Shown one piece after another: positions 29,666 through 45,399 of a DNA stretch of 64,000 bases. Position 1 is the first letter of the stretch. Each line of letters starts with the position of its first letter. The position numbers were made by a program, and so were the translations under genes. Origin of the DNA: Eledone cirrhosa. Lineage: Eukaryota. Under the pieces are notes generated by a model that saw only the letters and a list, made by a program, of their open reading frames with translations, was not told the DNA's origin and did not search any database. The stretch lies in assembly GCA_964016885.1 (NCBI GenBank), contig OZ024742.1, positions 157,294,001 through 157,358,000 of the forward strand, written 5' to 3'.

Positions 29666-30477
29666 AATATCTTATAGTTACTCTGAACTAGGATACAACA
29701 TTGAAAAACATGACCTACATTAAAATTTCGGGTGATCCTTTCATATTGTAGCTGGATATTCGTTTAGTGTCAATTGCATATGAACCTTACTACTAATATA
29801 CTGAATTACAAGTAATAGTAATAGAGAAATCCATATTGAGCCATGTTAACGATTATATAGAAGTGGCTGGCTGTACCTGTCTGCTGAATACGATGTCGGC
29901 GAATATATAAAGCTCTATAATCTAATTATGATGAAATACATCAAAATATTACTAACCGATATTCAATTGTTAATCTGTCACTTTTATATCATGTCTGAAT
30001 TAATTGTTAATTTCTCTCATTAAACAATTTAGAAAATAATAAGTTACATGCACGAATGCAGTTTCTTGAGCCAGCTCGTACAGTTAACAAAACATTACAC
30101 CGACGTAACAGCGCGTAATATCACTTTGGGAATGCATAAAATAATATGAAATTGAAAACCTATTTGAACATAACATAATAACTATGATTGCAAAAAAGGA
30201 AGTCAATTAATATAAATTCTATCCTAATTAGCTTAATAACATCACCAAATAGCCAAACAAAGCTATTTATGCAACCTTACACTGGTTCATATGCAACTGA
30301 AATATTGCTATAAGAAATGCTATAAGAAATGCTACCAATAAATGTGACCGAATAAAAACAAATTAGATAATAAATGAAACTTGAAAAAAAGGATTAGCAG
30401 TTCGTGTTTAGAGGGCAGTATTGAACATAAGCAGTAGTTAGAGCTAAACAGCAATTTATATTACTTTATACATTATA

Positions 30478-30657
30478 TTGGCAGTATCGGTAGAGGTTTC
30501 GGATGCCATGCTTTGACGCATAGAGTTACGGCCCTTGCCATTGTGAGTTCAAATCTCGCCGAGGTTAACTTTGCCTTTCATCCTTACGGGGTCGATAAAA
30601 TAAAGTACCAGAAATGCACTGGGTAATTGCTGACCTTGTACCAAAAATAGAAACAAG
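30478..30657 (+). mobile_element. tRNA-derived SINE
   Basis: Same family; ATTATATT on both flanks. Confidence 0.9.
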
Positions 30658-31097
30658 TATTATATTATCACTGTAAAGGCTTTAACTCACATGATGATTT
30701 CATATAATATTGAATCTATGACATTTTGATATTATTCATTTTGTGAAAGATAGCTTAACATAAGTATAAGTGACTAGTTATGGCCGGTTTGGACAGAAAG
30801 AGGTGAGAAAATTCAAGCCGGATATGGCCGGTTTATATGCTAAAGGGTTAAAAATATTGTAAACGAAACTTGAAGGAAGATCAACGATTATTCATTGCGT
30901 AGCGTACAATAAATATGGAGGTTTTTGTATGAAGATACAGACACACCGAAATCATAGGCACTGGGTTCAAAAGAATAACATTGCACTTGTGAGCCTTTAT
31001 TTATTAGCCTCGCCTATCTGGATCGGCAGCGTAAAAAGCGGTCCCCAAACAAAATATAAAATGCGTTACACTATTAGTTATAGCAGCCAAATTTACT

Positions 31098-32620
31098 ACT
31101 CTTCAAATACATATATCGGTTCAACTTTGAACTGCTTCAAGACGAGATATAACTCGCATCTCCACACTTTCAAAAATCGCAATATAGCCAACTTAACTTC
31201 TTTAACTACCTACATACACACTCTGAAAACTAAAAAATAGACCATACACACTTCAATGGGAGTAATAGATAGGGCCGCATCGTATAAACCACCGAATAAA
31301 TTATGTAACCTCTGTCTTCTAGCGATTCGCACTATAATCTATTCTAAGCTAAACCTCTTAAATAGAAAATCAGAAATGTTTTCCATGTGCCAAAACTACC
31401 ACCGATACTCTTTCCACAACTTCAAACCTAGCTGCTAGTATATAACAATGTCAGATCTGGATACCTCACCACCATTAACACTTCACCTCTAGGTCTTATC
31501 AGCATATAATTACCCCCAAAGCATCACACACTATGATCTGCTCATTCCTCTACTTACCACCTATGTATCTCAAATCTTATATTCTACAATAATTATTAAG
31601 AATAAACATAAAGTTACCACCATTTAATATAACTACTATAGCTTACTTATATATTGTTCAGTAATGGATAGATAATAATATAATGAGACCTTTAATGTAT
31701 TATAGGAAAATTGATTGTATTTTAAATTAAATATATAAATAACTAACATTATATAAAAGGGATTCACTTATAACATGATATAATGTACATTGGCACAAGG
31801 AATTAAACTAATTGGAGCTGTAAACAACTATACAATTTTTTCTATTATATAAAAATTAATCGTTAATTACCTTCCCTTTCACATTAGCTCCCTTAATATA
31901 GATCTATAACTAAATTCCAGGAATTAAACCGTTAGAAGCATCTCTCTAGAACAACTCGAAACCTGGATAAAAGTGTAATAGGACCAATATACAATCCATA
32001 GTTGTAACTACTTATAAACATTAAATAAAATATTAAATAAAATATAACCAATGTAATGGAAAAGAAAACATTAATAATGATACTCTCAACACATGCACAT
32101 TTGAAAATTACGGGAACAATTATCACACTACATCCACCATAAACTATATAGAAATACTTTTAATACACAAACATCTTTGTCTGCTTAATATGCTTGTACA
32201 CCTGTGTGATACCTTTGCTATACTGTAATATATATCCCTAGTACCATTGCTTGTTTGCTACCTAGCTATCCTATACATGCCTAACACATTTGCGCTCTCT
32301 ATACGCTTGTTTATGTACTGCTAATTTCCTCGTTTTGCGAGTAACTTTCTGCCTTAATGTCTCTTTAATTGTTATGCTATTATTTTGTCATCTCTGTCAC
32401 ATCCACTGACACTGACCTCAACATCTCCACTCTGTAAGTATGAAACTGATGATGAAAACATTAATATCTATGTATCTATATGTTTGTTCTGTCGAATAGG
32501 AAGTTAATTATATGCCTAAACGTTGCTAGTTCTCCGATGATTCCAATCGAAAGTTTGGAAGAAACGATTGTCAGCAATAAAATGATTTGAACACAGTTTT
32601 GACTATTGTGTAACTTACAT
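31098..32620 (+). mobile_element. 5'-truncated second copy of the 900-4805 Naiad-type PLE (GIY-YIG half, 3' region, pLTR end)
   Basis: YIGSTLNCFKTRYNSH...LCNLCLL...FKPSC*; collinear with 3030-4805; HHR-like CCGATGA-TTCCA..TGGAA-GAAAC-GATT-GTC-AGC-AATAAA at ~32534-32581. Confidence 0.9.
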
Positions 32621-32666
32621 ATATACATACACACACACACATATATATATATATAAATGTATATAT

Positions 32667-32731
<65 letters not shown>

Positions 32732-34129
32732 CATCTCTTCGATATTTTGCAATATCTCAGTTAGGTTTCTGAAAATCAGAAATCTACAAAATCCCATTGC
32801 GGTGTATGCAATTTAGGTTCTGGAAGATCGAACAGAATATTTACTTTCTCAACAGGCTTCAGTTCTGACGCCAGTCCGGTTGTGAGAGCACATGTTTCTC
32901 CAAAGTGAGCTAACACCCGGTTCATGCGGTCAAATTCAAATTATGAGCAATGGAATAAGTTCCGTACACAAACTGAATTAAGCACTCAACCAGACCGTTA
33001 TTAAACAAACATAAATAATTAAACAATCAATGGAATTGTGTAATTAAATTAATCAATTAATCATTAGGTCTAAGAGATAGTAATACGAATGGATGTACAT
33101 CATATTCGAAGCTCGAGGCGCAGCTGAGCTGGCGCCTCATTTAGAAGTGCAGCCAAGCACTGGATAAGGTATAAAACCTTAGAGTAATAACATACAGTTT
33201 AAAGGGCTTTGCAAATTAAAGATAGCGACCGGTAATTCAGCCGCGGGGACCGTAGCAACGAGAAAGAAAATAGATATAATTTTTTTTTCTATCTTCACGA
33301 AGGTAATCTTTACCAAAATTATTTATTATATTAACAACAGTTTCTATAATATAATTTATGAAATAATTATAGTTATAATTATTAAATAATTAATTGTTAA
33401 ATAGTTTGAGTGCCTAAAGTATCAGCCGGCCTTATATCTAAACTTAAAGCTATCCGAATTTGTAATTATATATATGTATTGATAAAAAAATACAAATATT
33501 ATAGTTTATTATTTGTTTATAATTGAGGTTATACCTTTCCAATATATATAATATAATATAATAATGCAATAATGCAATATAGTAAATAAGTTACTGAAAA
33601 TATTGTTCAAAAATATATATAGTTAAAGATATTGTTAACATATTGCTAAAGTATGAATGTTTTATATCAATTATTTTCATTTAGTTGATATATACTATAA
33701 ATATATAAGTCAAAACTATATGAGTCCTAATGATAGGAGCTAGATACAAAATAAATATACAAATAAAAGAAAATGAATTGTTTGCGAAACTTAAAGATGC
33801 CCAATATTAAAAATATATTATAAATGCCATAGGGTTTAATATAGTATAGAAGAGATATATCGAAATTTAAGCAAATGTGATATAAAGAGGAGCTAAATAT
33901 TTGAAAAAGCCGAAGGTAATTTAAATTTAATTAAAATAAAATAAAATAAAATAGTTAAATTAAATTATATTATATTAAGTAAATGCTTATATAAGTTCGA
34001 CCTTCCAGGGATATCAAACACTTATAACAATATAAAGTCATTTGAGTGTCTAAATTATTTATAAATGTAACTACGATTATGTTATTACACTAGATAAAGA
34101 TATTTGTACAACTATATAGAGATATTAAA

Positions 34130-34180
34130 GTAATGCACTGGGTAATTGCTGGCCTTGTGCCTAAAGTAGAAACAATTATT
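34130..34180 (+). mobile_element. SINE 3' fragment
   Basis: GTAATGCACTGGGTAATTGCTGGCCTTGTGCCTAAAGTAGAAACAATTATT. Confidence 0.8.
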
Positions 34181-34694
34181 ATAATATTAATGAAACGGTA
34201 TAAATTTAATAAAAAAATAATAATTATAATCATTATTAGTAATGCTATAATTGTAGTTTTACCTCCAGTTCAGTGGAGAGATAGACCAATATTTGTCGGT
34301 TATTATTGTTTGTTATATTTATACCTAGATATACATAACAAAATAAATGCAAATCTAACTTTCTGAGTCCCCAAAACATACTCAAAATGAGTAAAATATA
34401 TAAAATATGCAAACGCATGAATGATCCACAGTTCAATTATAATCAGTAAATTTGCAAGTTAAATATCCAAACTATATGTTTAAAACAGAGACAGATAAAT
34501 AAAGATCTGAATCAAAATTATAAATATCCAAAAAATCATAAGGTATGTATCAAGTAAATAAGTTATCAAACGAGTGTCCTTTATTCTAACACTAATTCTT
34601 ACATAATTGATTAGAAGATAAAGCATTATTAATTTTCCCGTTGAGTGCTTCCAAACTCATTCTTTGATGTATTTATTGAACCTTGTTTAACTTT

Positions 34695-34756
<62 letters not shown>

Positions 34757-35076
34757 GAGGTGGGGGGTATTTGTGTATGTGTTTATGTGTGATTCGCATC
34801 GATATGCAAATAAGTATTTGAGAGGGAGACCTGTCTGTAGTCTCTGGCTGGCCATCTTAGTTTTATTTTGGTTATTGCTGGACTTAAAAACTTTGAATGC
34901 CACTTTCGCTGCGTAGAACTCAATCACATAAAAAAATATGAGATATAAATACTCCCTCTATATAGATATGTTTCTTCTTTTATACCATCTCCAATCAAAT
35001 TATATCACACATTCACACACAATACACATATATATTTTTGTATATATATAAATATATATATATATTTATTTATTTT

Positions 35077-35270
35077 TTAAAATAACATTAAAGTTTAAGC
35101 AAAGAATCGCTGCTTTCTTCCTTTAACGGGTGAAAGCATTGATTCTTTGCGTAAACTCTAATCTGTTATTTTAATAAATATTTGCTCTAGGGTTCTTATA
35201 TATGTGATATATATTTTCCTTATCGAGCCCTCTTTGGATTTTAGTCTTCAAATTTATTATTATTACTATA
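35077..35270. mobile_element. pLTR fold-back (35077-35174) plus tail
   Basis: Inverted arms meet at CC-TTTAA-CGGG, the HHR stem II loop of the family seen at 12243-12309; the tail matches 18321-18405 in reverse. Confidence 0.7.
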
Positions 35271-35284
35271 TATATATATATATA

Positions 35285-35988
35285 TATTGTTAAAAGGAAA
35301 AGAAAATGCTGACAAATTGTTCCCAGTGAAAAATAGTTTAATTAGGAATAAGTAAACATTAGTAATAGTATTGGTTAGTATTCAGTTTTGGTTTTAAGTT
35401 TTACCGGTTGCGCATTTCTAATGCTTTTCAAAAATAATGTTGAGATAGAGCGCCCGTGATGTTTGCTCTAATCTGATTAGTTTTGGAAATTCTACCAGTT
35501 TTATGTAAAAAAAGTGGCTCCAGATGTATGAAAAAATTCTTGTGGTCAAAACAATTTTGATTAGTCGGTAGAGGTCATGTGAATGTTAAAAATTGATTTT
35601 GCGCCAAATGTAGGTTTGTCTCGGCTGATTGAGAAGTCACTGAACAATAAGTCTTTCAAGACAATTATGTGTGTGTGTGTGTGTAGTAGTAGTAAAGAGG
35701 TTCGTTGTTGTGATAATTTTCAGCATGGATGTGTGTGCGAACCGCAGCCGGCTGACAGTTCAAATGCCTATTAAGACAAGTTTGTGTGTGTGTGTGTAGC
35801 ACAGTAATTCGTGGTAGAGGGATGGTCAGTAGGAACGTGTATGTACGTGTGCGCAACCGGTAAAATAAAAAAACCAAACCTGAATACTATTACTAACCAA
35901 TACTATTACTAATTTTTACTTATTCCTAATTAAACTATTTTTCACTGGGAACAATATGTCAGCATTTTCTTTTCCTTTTACCAATATA
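35285..35988. repeat. Element with ~130-bp inverted terminal arms in (TA)n (probable pLTR inversion)
   Basis: 35285-35414 is the reverse complement of 35850-35988. Confidence 0.75.
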
Positions 35989-36016
35989 TCACAACTCGTG
36001 TGTTACACCTCTATTC

Positions 36017-36101
<85 letters not shown>

Positions 36102-36334
36102 TTGAGTAAAATGACAGGATGCTGGAGTGGTGAAATTCCTTAAAAGATTTTTTACAAACACGATGCAGATTTCAATGACCAGGCTTCGTAGGATCCTGGT
36201 GACATCATCATGTGGTAATTGTATAAAAGTTACCTAATAAAGGAATATAATAATGGTAGACACCACCCAAGAGGCTGAAAAGTAGAGAGAAATCAGAGCG
36301 ATCAGAGCCAGTTGTTGTGAGTCTGGATGACCGC

Positions 36335-36400
<66 letters not shown>

Positions 36401-36663
36401 CGTGTACGACAGGATGCTGCAGTATAGAGCTACCAATATCCAATGTAAAGGTGTACTATTCTGTCAGACATTTGCGAAGTTGAGATGTAGCCTGATTGAA
36501 CGCAGACGCATATGTTTGCGAAATGAACTCTTCAACCACTCACAAATATCTAGGCCTATGTATTCTTAAATAGAGACAAAATACGCACATCTATATTTGG
36601 ATTGTGTATATCAGCTTTTCTGTTTCTATTCATGTATGTGTATATTTGCGATTGTATATTTGC

Positions 36664-36816
36664 GCGGATGATTGCCAGTATCAGTAGAGGGTCGGACGCC
36701 ATACTTTGTTACGTAGCGTTACGGCCCTTTATGATCTGAGTTCAAATCCCGCTTTTCATCTTTACGGGGTCGATAAAATAACGTACCAGTCACGCATTGG
36801 TGTCGATTTAATCGAC
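36664..36816 (+). mobile_element. tRNA-derived SINE (internally deleted)
   Basis: A/B boxes and GGGGTCGATAAAATA body. Confidence 0.8.
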
Positions 36817-37346
36817 TTTTCGAGTTTTCATTTCACATCCATGCATAATATTTTCACCAACCTATTATACATTTACAAGTAGGAACAATCGGCATCACAC
36901 AACATGAAGCAAAACATGTTTTGATGGAAATCCGTTGGTAAACAACATATCAATCTTATACAGAATTCCACACACACATGAATGATTAACGATAAAATGA
37001 AACCAGAGAGCAAAGCAAAATCTTATAGAAGCAAGCATGACGTTAACTCACAACGAAACAAACTGTCTGATATTCGATAAAACGAAAACAACTTAAAAAA
37101 CAATAAACATATAGGGGTAGGGATATCAAATCCTACAACAATCATATTGCACCTGCATTGGATAAAGTGTCGAAAAAACGCGTTAACGCCAATGACATCC
37201 TTTAGATCACACGACTACCGAGCTCTGGAAAAGGTGTTGAGGGATATGCGAGCATTGCATTAATAAAATATAAAAGAATAAAACTAGAACTAGTATCATC
37301 ACCATTATATATACACCATGCATCCTAACATACAAGCATACACACA

Positions 37347-37392
<46 letters not shown>

Positions 37393-37401
37393 CACACACA
37401 C

Positions 37402-37487
<86 letters not shown>

Positions 37488-37786
37488 AATTGCGTGTGTG
37501 TGTGTGTGTACAATAAATGTGTATATGAAAACATATATAAACATATAAAGGACGTTTAAATACAGAAAAGCTGTGGGTAGCCACGCTACTGAAAGTAGTA
37601 CCTAAACGTAGACGAAACAAGACGAGAAAAAATTGATATATTTCTGTTTTCCGCTATGAATATATCATACAATAGGCGATATATCCTTTGAGATTTGAGC
37701 GGTGATCACCAGGTGGATGCGTTTTGTTGCAGACAGTGTAGGCTTGACTGGTTATATTTAATGGGCCAAGGGTTTTATTATCAAAG

Positions 37787-37842
<56 letters not shown>

Positions 37843-37852
37843 ATATATATAT

Positions 37853-37916
37853 AAGTGGTTACACAAAAGTTAGTTCACCATACCGAGGTATGGTGAACTA
37901 ACTTTTGTGTAACCAC

Positions 37917-37918
<2 letters not shown>
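37853..37918. repeat. Perfect 31-bp hairpin made of the pLTR terminus of the 45130-47999 PLE family
   Basis: AAGTGGTTACACAAAAGTTAGTTCACCATAC-CGAG-GTATGGTGAACTAACTTTTGTGTAACCACTT; matches 45132-45166 with one substitution. Confidence 0.95.
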
Positions 37919-37953
<35 letters not shown>

Positions 37954-37956
<3 letters not shown>

Positions 37957-38390
37957 GATATTAACAAATGGAAACTATATTTATAAAACCATATCTATTT
38001 TATTATACATATTTCAAGGATACCATGTTAAATTATGGTATGCTTTCATCAGACAAAATACAATATATACCAGTTTTATAAATAAATATTGACATACCCT
38101 TTCAAAATGCAGCCGTTACTTTTGAAAGACATCAGGGATAGTGCATTTGTTTATTGTTTACTTATATTAGTAAGTCGTTACTAATATAAGTAAACAAATC
38201 CACTATCCATCATGTCTTCCAAAAGTAACGGTTACATTTTGAAAGGGTATGTCAATATTCATTTATAAAACTGGTATATATTGTATTTTGTCTGATGAAA
38301 GCATACCATAATTTATCATGGTATCCTTGAAATATGTATAATAAAATAGATATGGTTTTATAAATATAGTTTCCATTTGTTAATATCGTA
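37954..38390. repeat. ~215-bp-arm pLTR palindrome with an HHR in each arm
   Basis: Arms meet at GTCG 38174-38177; right arm CTGATGA(38292)-AAGCATACCAT..ATGGTATCCTT-GAAA-TATG-TA-TAATAAAA. Confidence 0.88.
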
Positions 38391-38475
38391 TATTTACTCC
38401 AAATACTTGTCGAGTGCTTTATATCAGTTATAAAAATATTTGTTTGTTGTATCCCAACAATTTAAATAGAACGTT

Positions 38476-38511
<36 letters not shown>

Positions 38512-38554
38512 GGAATACTGTTGGCTTCTTGCTACAATAATTTCTATACTTTTC

Positions 38555-38620
<66 letters not shown>

Positions 38621-38807
38621 AGTTTATGTTGGTTGTATACCAACACCTCAGTATGCAGGCTGGAGCACTCAACGAAGTTCCCCAGTGAGATATGACTCCA
38701 GTTCCCCAGTGAATTAACAACCCAGCAAGGAACTGGGCATATCAGAGTATTGACAATATCATACACCTAAACAACATATGTACTTGTCTATACCATACTA
38801 ATTCAAA

Positions 38808-38860
38808 CTGCCTGAAGAGGTCACAGCCAAAGATGGCTGTCACTGAAATATATATAGCAG
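38808..38860 (+). ncRNA. Minimal type I hammerhead ribozyme motif in solo pLTR (~38620-38910)
   Basis: CTGC-CTGAAGA-GGTCACAGCC-AAAGAT-GGCTGTCACT-GAAA-TATATA-TA-GCAG, followed by TAATAAA. Confidence 0.82.
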
Positions 38861-39214
38861 TAATAAACGAAGCTAAATTTTAATCATTTGACTTTTATTT
38901 AACTTTATTATATATATATATATATATTTTCTATATATATATATATATTTTATATGTGTGTGCGTTTGTGTGGTGTGTGTGTTTCTCTCTCTCTCTCTCA
39001 CTCTGTTTCTCTCTCTCTCTCCTCTCGCGCTCTCTCTCTGCGTGTGTGTCTGTGTGTGTGCGTATATTTTGTAAAATGGGATTTGCTATATAGGTAAGAA
39101 TCGAAAAAATTATATTGGGATAATTTTCTCTAAAAAATATATTTTATCGACATTTGGATGGGATGTTGTTCTGAGAATGTATCTTCACTTACTTTCACGC
39201 GCGCGCGCGCGCGC

Positions 39215-39278
<64 letters not shown>

Positions 39279-39299
39279 ACACACACACACACACACACA

Positions 39300-39362
<63 letters not shown>

Positions 39363-39364
39363 GT

Positions 39365-41350
39365 CTCTGCTTTACAAATAACGCAGTGCTCATCTGCAAC
39401 AGACTACTTGAAACTGAAACTTTCCCATGAGAAGGAGAGGACAGCCGTAGAAGCCAGGGCCATAGAAAATATTAAAACAAACCCTAAGGCCTTCTTTAAA
39501 TTGCTAAAAACCGGTCTCGGTACGCTGCATGATTGGGCCACTCTTTCATATATATGGTTGATTAACCGATGATCCCCAAGGTATAAGTGAAATACTGAAT
39601 GAACAGTACAAAAGTGTGTTCACACCTCTATTGAGGCACAGGCAAATAACAAAGCCAGAAGATTTTTTGATGCCACATCACTCCACGAGGTAAAGGCTAC
39701 CATCAACCCCATAGACATAACGGAGGAACATGTGATATCCGCCATAGAAGAAATTAGAACAGACTCAAGTGGACCTGATGGATTCCCAGCATTCCCCCTA
39801 AAAGCATGTAAGCGTGCCTTAGCAAGACCCTGAAGATACTCTTCAGAAGATTTTTGGTTAGCGCTAAACTACACAGAGAACTAAGAAAAGGTACAATATA
39901 CCCTATCCATAATGGAAAAAGCAAATTGAAGGCCAACAACTACAGTCTCGTTGACGTTATATATCAGTAAGGTCATGCATCGAATCATGAGAAAGAAACT
40001 GATCATGTTCCTCGACGAAAATGACTGCCTAACTAGCACGCAGCATGGCTTTCGCCCGCGAAGAAGCTGCCTTAGATCTCTGTTACAACACTATGACTGG
40101 GTACTGAAACAACTGGTAAACAGTTCACATGTGGACGCCATATATCTTGACTTTTCGAAGGCCGCTGACAATGTCGAGCACGGAATGATATGTCACAAAC
40201 TACACAGACTCGGCATAACTGGAAAAGTAGCTACATGATTTCTTAAAAGACAGCAGCCAGACAGTTGTAGCGGATGGAGCCCTATCATAGGAAACATCAA
40301 TAACAAGTTGGGTTAGTCTTGGGACCACTACTGTTTTGGGTGGCTCTCAGACATGCCCCCTGTAGTACATACAACATCCCTCACTAGTTATACTGATAAC
40401 ACAGGTAGCACAGGCAATCAAAAACCCGACTGATGCAGCCCTTTTACAACAAGATCTGGATGCCATATACAAATGCGTTGAGTACAACAACATGCAGTTT
40501 AATGCTAGAAAATGTTCAGCCCCACAATAGCAACCTGCTAACACAAAGACAAGACAACATAGCTAAATCGGACCAGAAGTGGTCGTAATCCCCGTGTCAA
40601 AATCGATACGAGATCAGGGGATAGACATGAGCGACGTTGCATCTGTTCCTTCACACATCACAAGGGTGGCGACAATATGCAGACGACTCGCTGGCTGGAT
40701 ATTGAGGACATTCACTACAAGAGACCGAGAGACCATGTTGATACTATGAAGGACATTTGTCCTAAGACGACTGGACTCCTAGTCCCAACTGTAGTCACCC
40801 CATAGTATCAAACTAACCACCGAACTTGAGGCAATCCAAAGAAGCTACACCAAGTGTATTGCCACGATTAAGGAGATGAGCTACTGGGAGAGGCTCTAAA
40901 AGAACTGAAACTCTACTCCTTGGAACGAAGACGGGAGAGATACGCAATAATATGCATATGGAAAATCCTGGAGGTTCTAGCACCAAACTTTGGCATTGAG
41001 AAATGGACAAAGCTCCGAACAGGACGTCATTGTGTGCTGCACATCTACAATATGAGCAGGTATTTCAATAGCCGGGGGTTCAAAGGCGCTCAACTCTCCA
41101 ACAAGCTGCCAAGAAATTTGACAGATTTGCATGGTGTGGACGTGGTTGCTTTCAAGAAACATCTTGACACCATGCTATCCAGGATCCCGGATGAGCCCAC
41201 AGCATGGTACGAAGGTAACCTAAGGGCAGTAGCAACGAACTGCCTCTTACATCATTAGCCAGCCAACACAGACTGGAGATAGAACGTGTTGTAACCAGGG
41301 TGGTGCCTCAGCATGGCCTCAGCTGGATCGCTGGAACAGGTAAACGACTG
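39365..41350 (+). mobile_element. CR1-type LINE, 5'-truncated and decayed (RT)
   Basis: IKTNPKAFF; SEILNEQYKSVFT; SGPDGFPA; QHGFRPRRSC; VDAIYLDFSKA; LQQDLDAIY; ELEAIQR; SYWERL; SLERRRERY; FKKHLD..IPDEP; multiple stops and frameshifts. Confidence 0.88.
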
Positions 41351-41374
41351 AAAGATACATATATATATATATAT

Positions 41375-41704
41375 GTAGGAGGTGAGTTTTATTGTAGTAC
41401 AATAAAGCAATGCAGATATCGGATAAGAAGCACTCTACAGTTTGTAGGACTGGAGTATGCATAATATAAGATCAAAAGATGGTTAAAGGAGTTCCATGTA
41501 TTTTATTATGCGCATTTCAAAAACAAACATCATCATGCAATAATATTTGTGTTTTCATCAGATAAAACAGGAGAACATGATATGAAGGCTAAAAAACACT
41601 TGTGGATAGTGCAGTTTTAAATCAACATATGATGATGTTTGTTTTTGAAATGCGCATAATAAAATACATGGAACTCCTTTAACCATCTTTTGATCTTATA
41701 TTAT
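41375..41704 (-). mobile_element. Solo pLTR with inverted arms 41461-41536 / 41629-41704
   Basis: 76-bp inverted repeat; HHR on the minus strand; (TA)n flanks. Confidence 0.8.
41501..41567 (-). ncRNA. Minimal type I hammerhead ribozyme motif
   Basis: TTTTAT-CTGATGA-(AAACACAAATATTATT..GATGATGTTTGTTTTT)-GAAA-TGCGCA-TA-ATAAAA. Confidence 0.82.
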
Positions 41705-42486
41705 ATATATATATATATATATATGATGTATGTAATTGTGTGTGTGTGTTTGTATGTGTGTGTCTGTTGTGTGTAGTGTGTGTATATGTGTGAGTGCACC
41801 TATTCATTTATCTGTACGTGTGAACAGTACTGTCGTCAAATGAATTGAAGCTATGAAAAGTCCATTTATATCAGCCATGCAATAATGTATCCGTAACCTA
41901 TTTTTTTATGGTTCGTGTTAATTAAGGTAAATTTGGCTGCTATGACTAATATAGCAACGCATTTTATATTTAATTTGGGGACCGCTTTTTACGTTGCCGA
42001 TCCAGATAGGCGAGGCTAATAATATGATATGAAAACTTAAACGTTTTAATTCAGTCTCAAAAATCATAGAAAACTCATGACTTATCTCCAGCGTTAGATT
42101 CTATATATATTCTATTTTCATATATCTGTTGATAAACACTGCTCTCTCTATATTATTTCTGGAAATATCTGTTTAAGGATAGCTTTCAACATATATATTG
42201 GGTTAATCCAAAATAAGTATTTTAAGTTATGCGATCTTAGAAACAAATAATTATATATTATCTGTTATTGTATAATGTTGAAAAAAATGTGTTTGTTGCA
42301 AGGTGGTATATCAGTAATCTTCATGTGCCACATCAAATATTTGTTGAAATGTATGGTAATACTAATATAATTCATGACCCTTAAAATTTTCCGGTTGGTC
42401 GCGAATATTGATGTTATCGTTGTTTGTTCGATAGGTCTAAATATAGTAGGCATTCTGCATTTGAATATATATCTTTACCATACAAA

Positions 42487-42620
42487 ATAATTGTTTCTAC
42501 TGTTGGTACAAGGCCAGCAATTACCCAGTGCATTACTGGAACTTTATTTGATCGACCCCGTAAGGATGAAAGGCAAAGTTAACGTCGGCGGGATTTGAAC
42601 TCAGAAAGGGACGTAACACT
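42487..42620 (-). mobile_element. tRNA-derived SINE (5'-truncated)
   Basis: Reverse complement of the SINE body and B-box. Confidence 0.88.
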
Positions 42621-42744
42621 ATTCTTCAAAGCAAAATAATGTAATGAAGAATATGCGGATTTTCATGCTACTACTACTACTACTGCTGCTGCTGCTACTG
42701 CTGCTGCTGCTACTACTACTACTACTACTACTAAATAATAATAA

Positions 42745-42950
42745 TAATGGTTTCTGACTTAGCCACAAGGCCAGCAATTCGTGGCATGCCGATGAGGTCG
42801 ACCCTCTTGCATTACTAATATATGTTATCGCCCCTCAACAGATGAAAGGCATAGCTAAGCTCGGTGGGATTTGAAATCAGAATGTAAATGGTCGTAATTC
42901 TATGCTACGAAGCATTTGGTCCGACGCTCAACTGATTTTGAAATCCACCG
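42745..42950 (-). mobile_element. Older SINE copy with (AAT)n/(CTA)n tail
   Basis: GATGAAAGGC...GGGATTTGAA; diverged member of the same family. Confidence 0.7.
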
Positions 42951-43006
42951 GCGTTATAGAATATATATATATAACTCTGTATGCATGCTTATGTGTTCTA
43001 TGTATG

Positions 43007-44870
<1,864 letters not shown>

Positions 44871-45073
44871 TTCGACCGTGAGTGGCCTCTGCTTATACAA
44901 TTTAGTTGCCTACATTTCTCAGGTATCATCCAATCGATATATCTGACAGCATTACCCTGTTGTCTTTCGTTTAATATTATTTGATTTTCCTCTTCCTTCA
45001 GTATTTTTTCCGTTTTTTGCCGAGTGTCTCTCGGACACCTAGGGTAAATAAACTATTGTTTATATCTACTGCT

Positions 45074-45133
<60 letters not shown>

Positions 45134-45161
45134 GTGGTTACACAACAGTTAGTTCACCATA

Positions 45162-45201
45162 CCGAGAACAATTGTTTCACCTTCGCGGATCTTCAGCTCG
45201 G
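45162..45201 (-). ncRNA. Minimal type I hammerhead ribozyme (3' pLTR); second copy at 47747-47786
   Basis: CCGAG-CTGAAGA-TCC-GCGAA-GGT-GAAA-CAATTG-TT-CTCGG. Confidence 0.82.
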
Positions 45202-45399
45202 GATGTGTATTGTTATAGGAACAGGAAGGACAACCGTACGAACGCGCATGCGCAGAAACTCGGTCACTTCACACAGGCAATACTAGACTGCGTGCGGGAG
45301 GTGTAAGGGAGATAACTGCGAAAGTCCGGAAAGTTTCTAGGTTGAAAATAAAATAAAAAAATTAAAATTAAAAATAAATTTACAAAGAATCAGTCCGGA

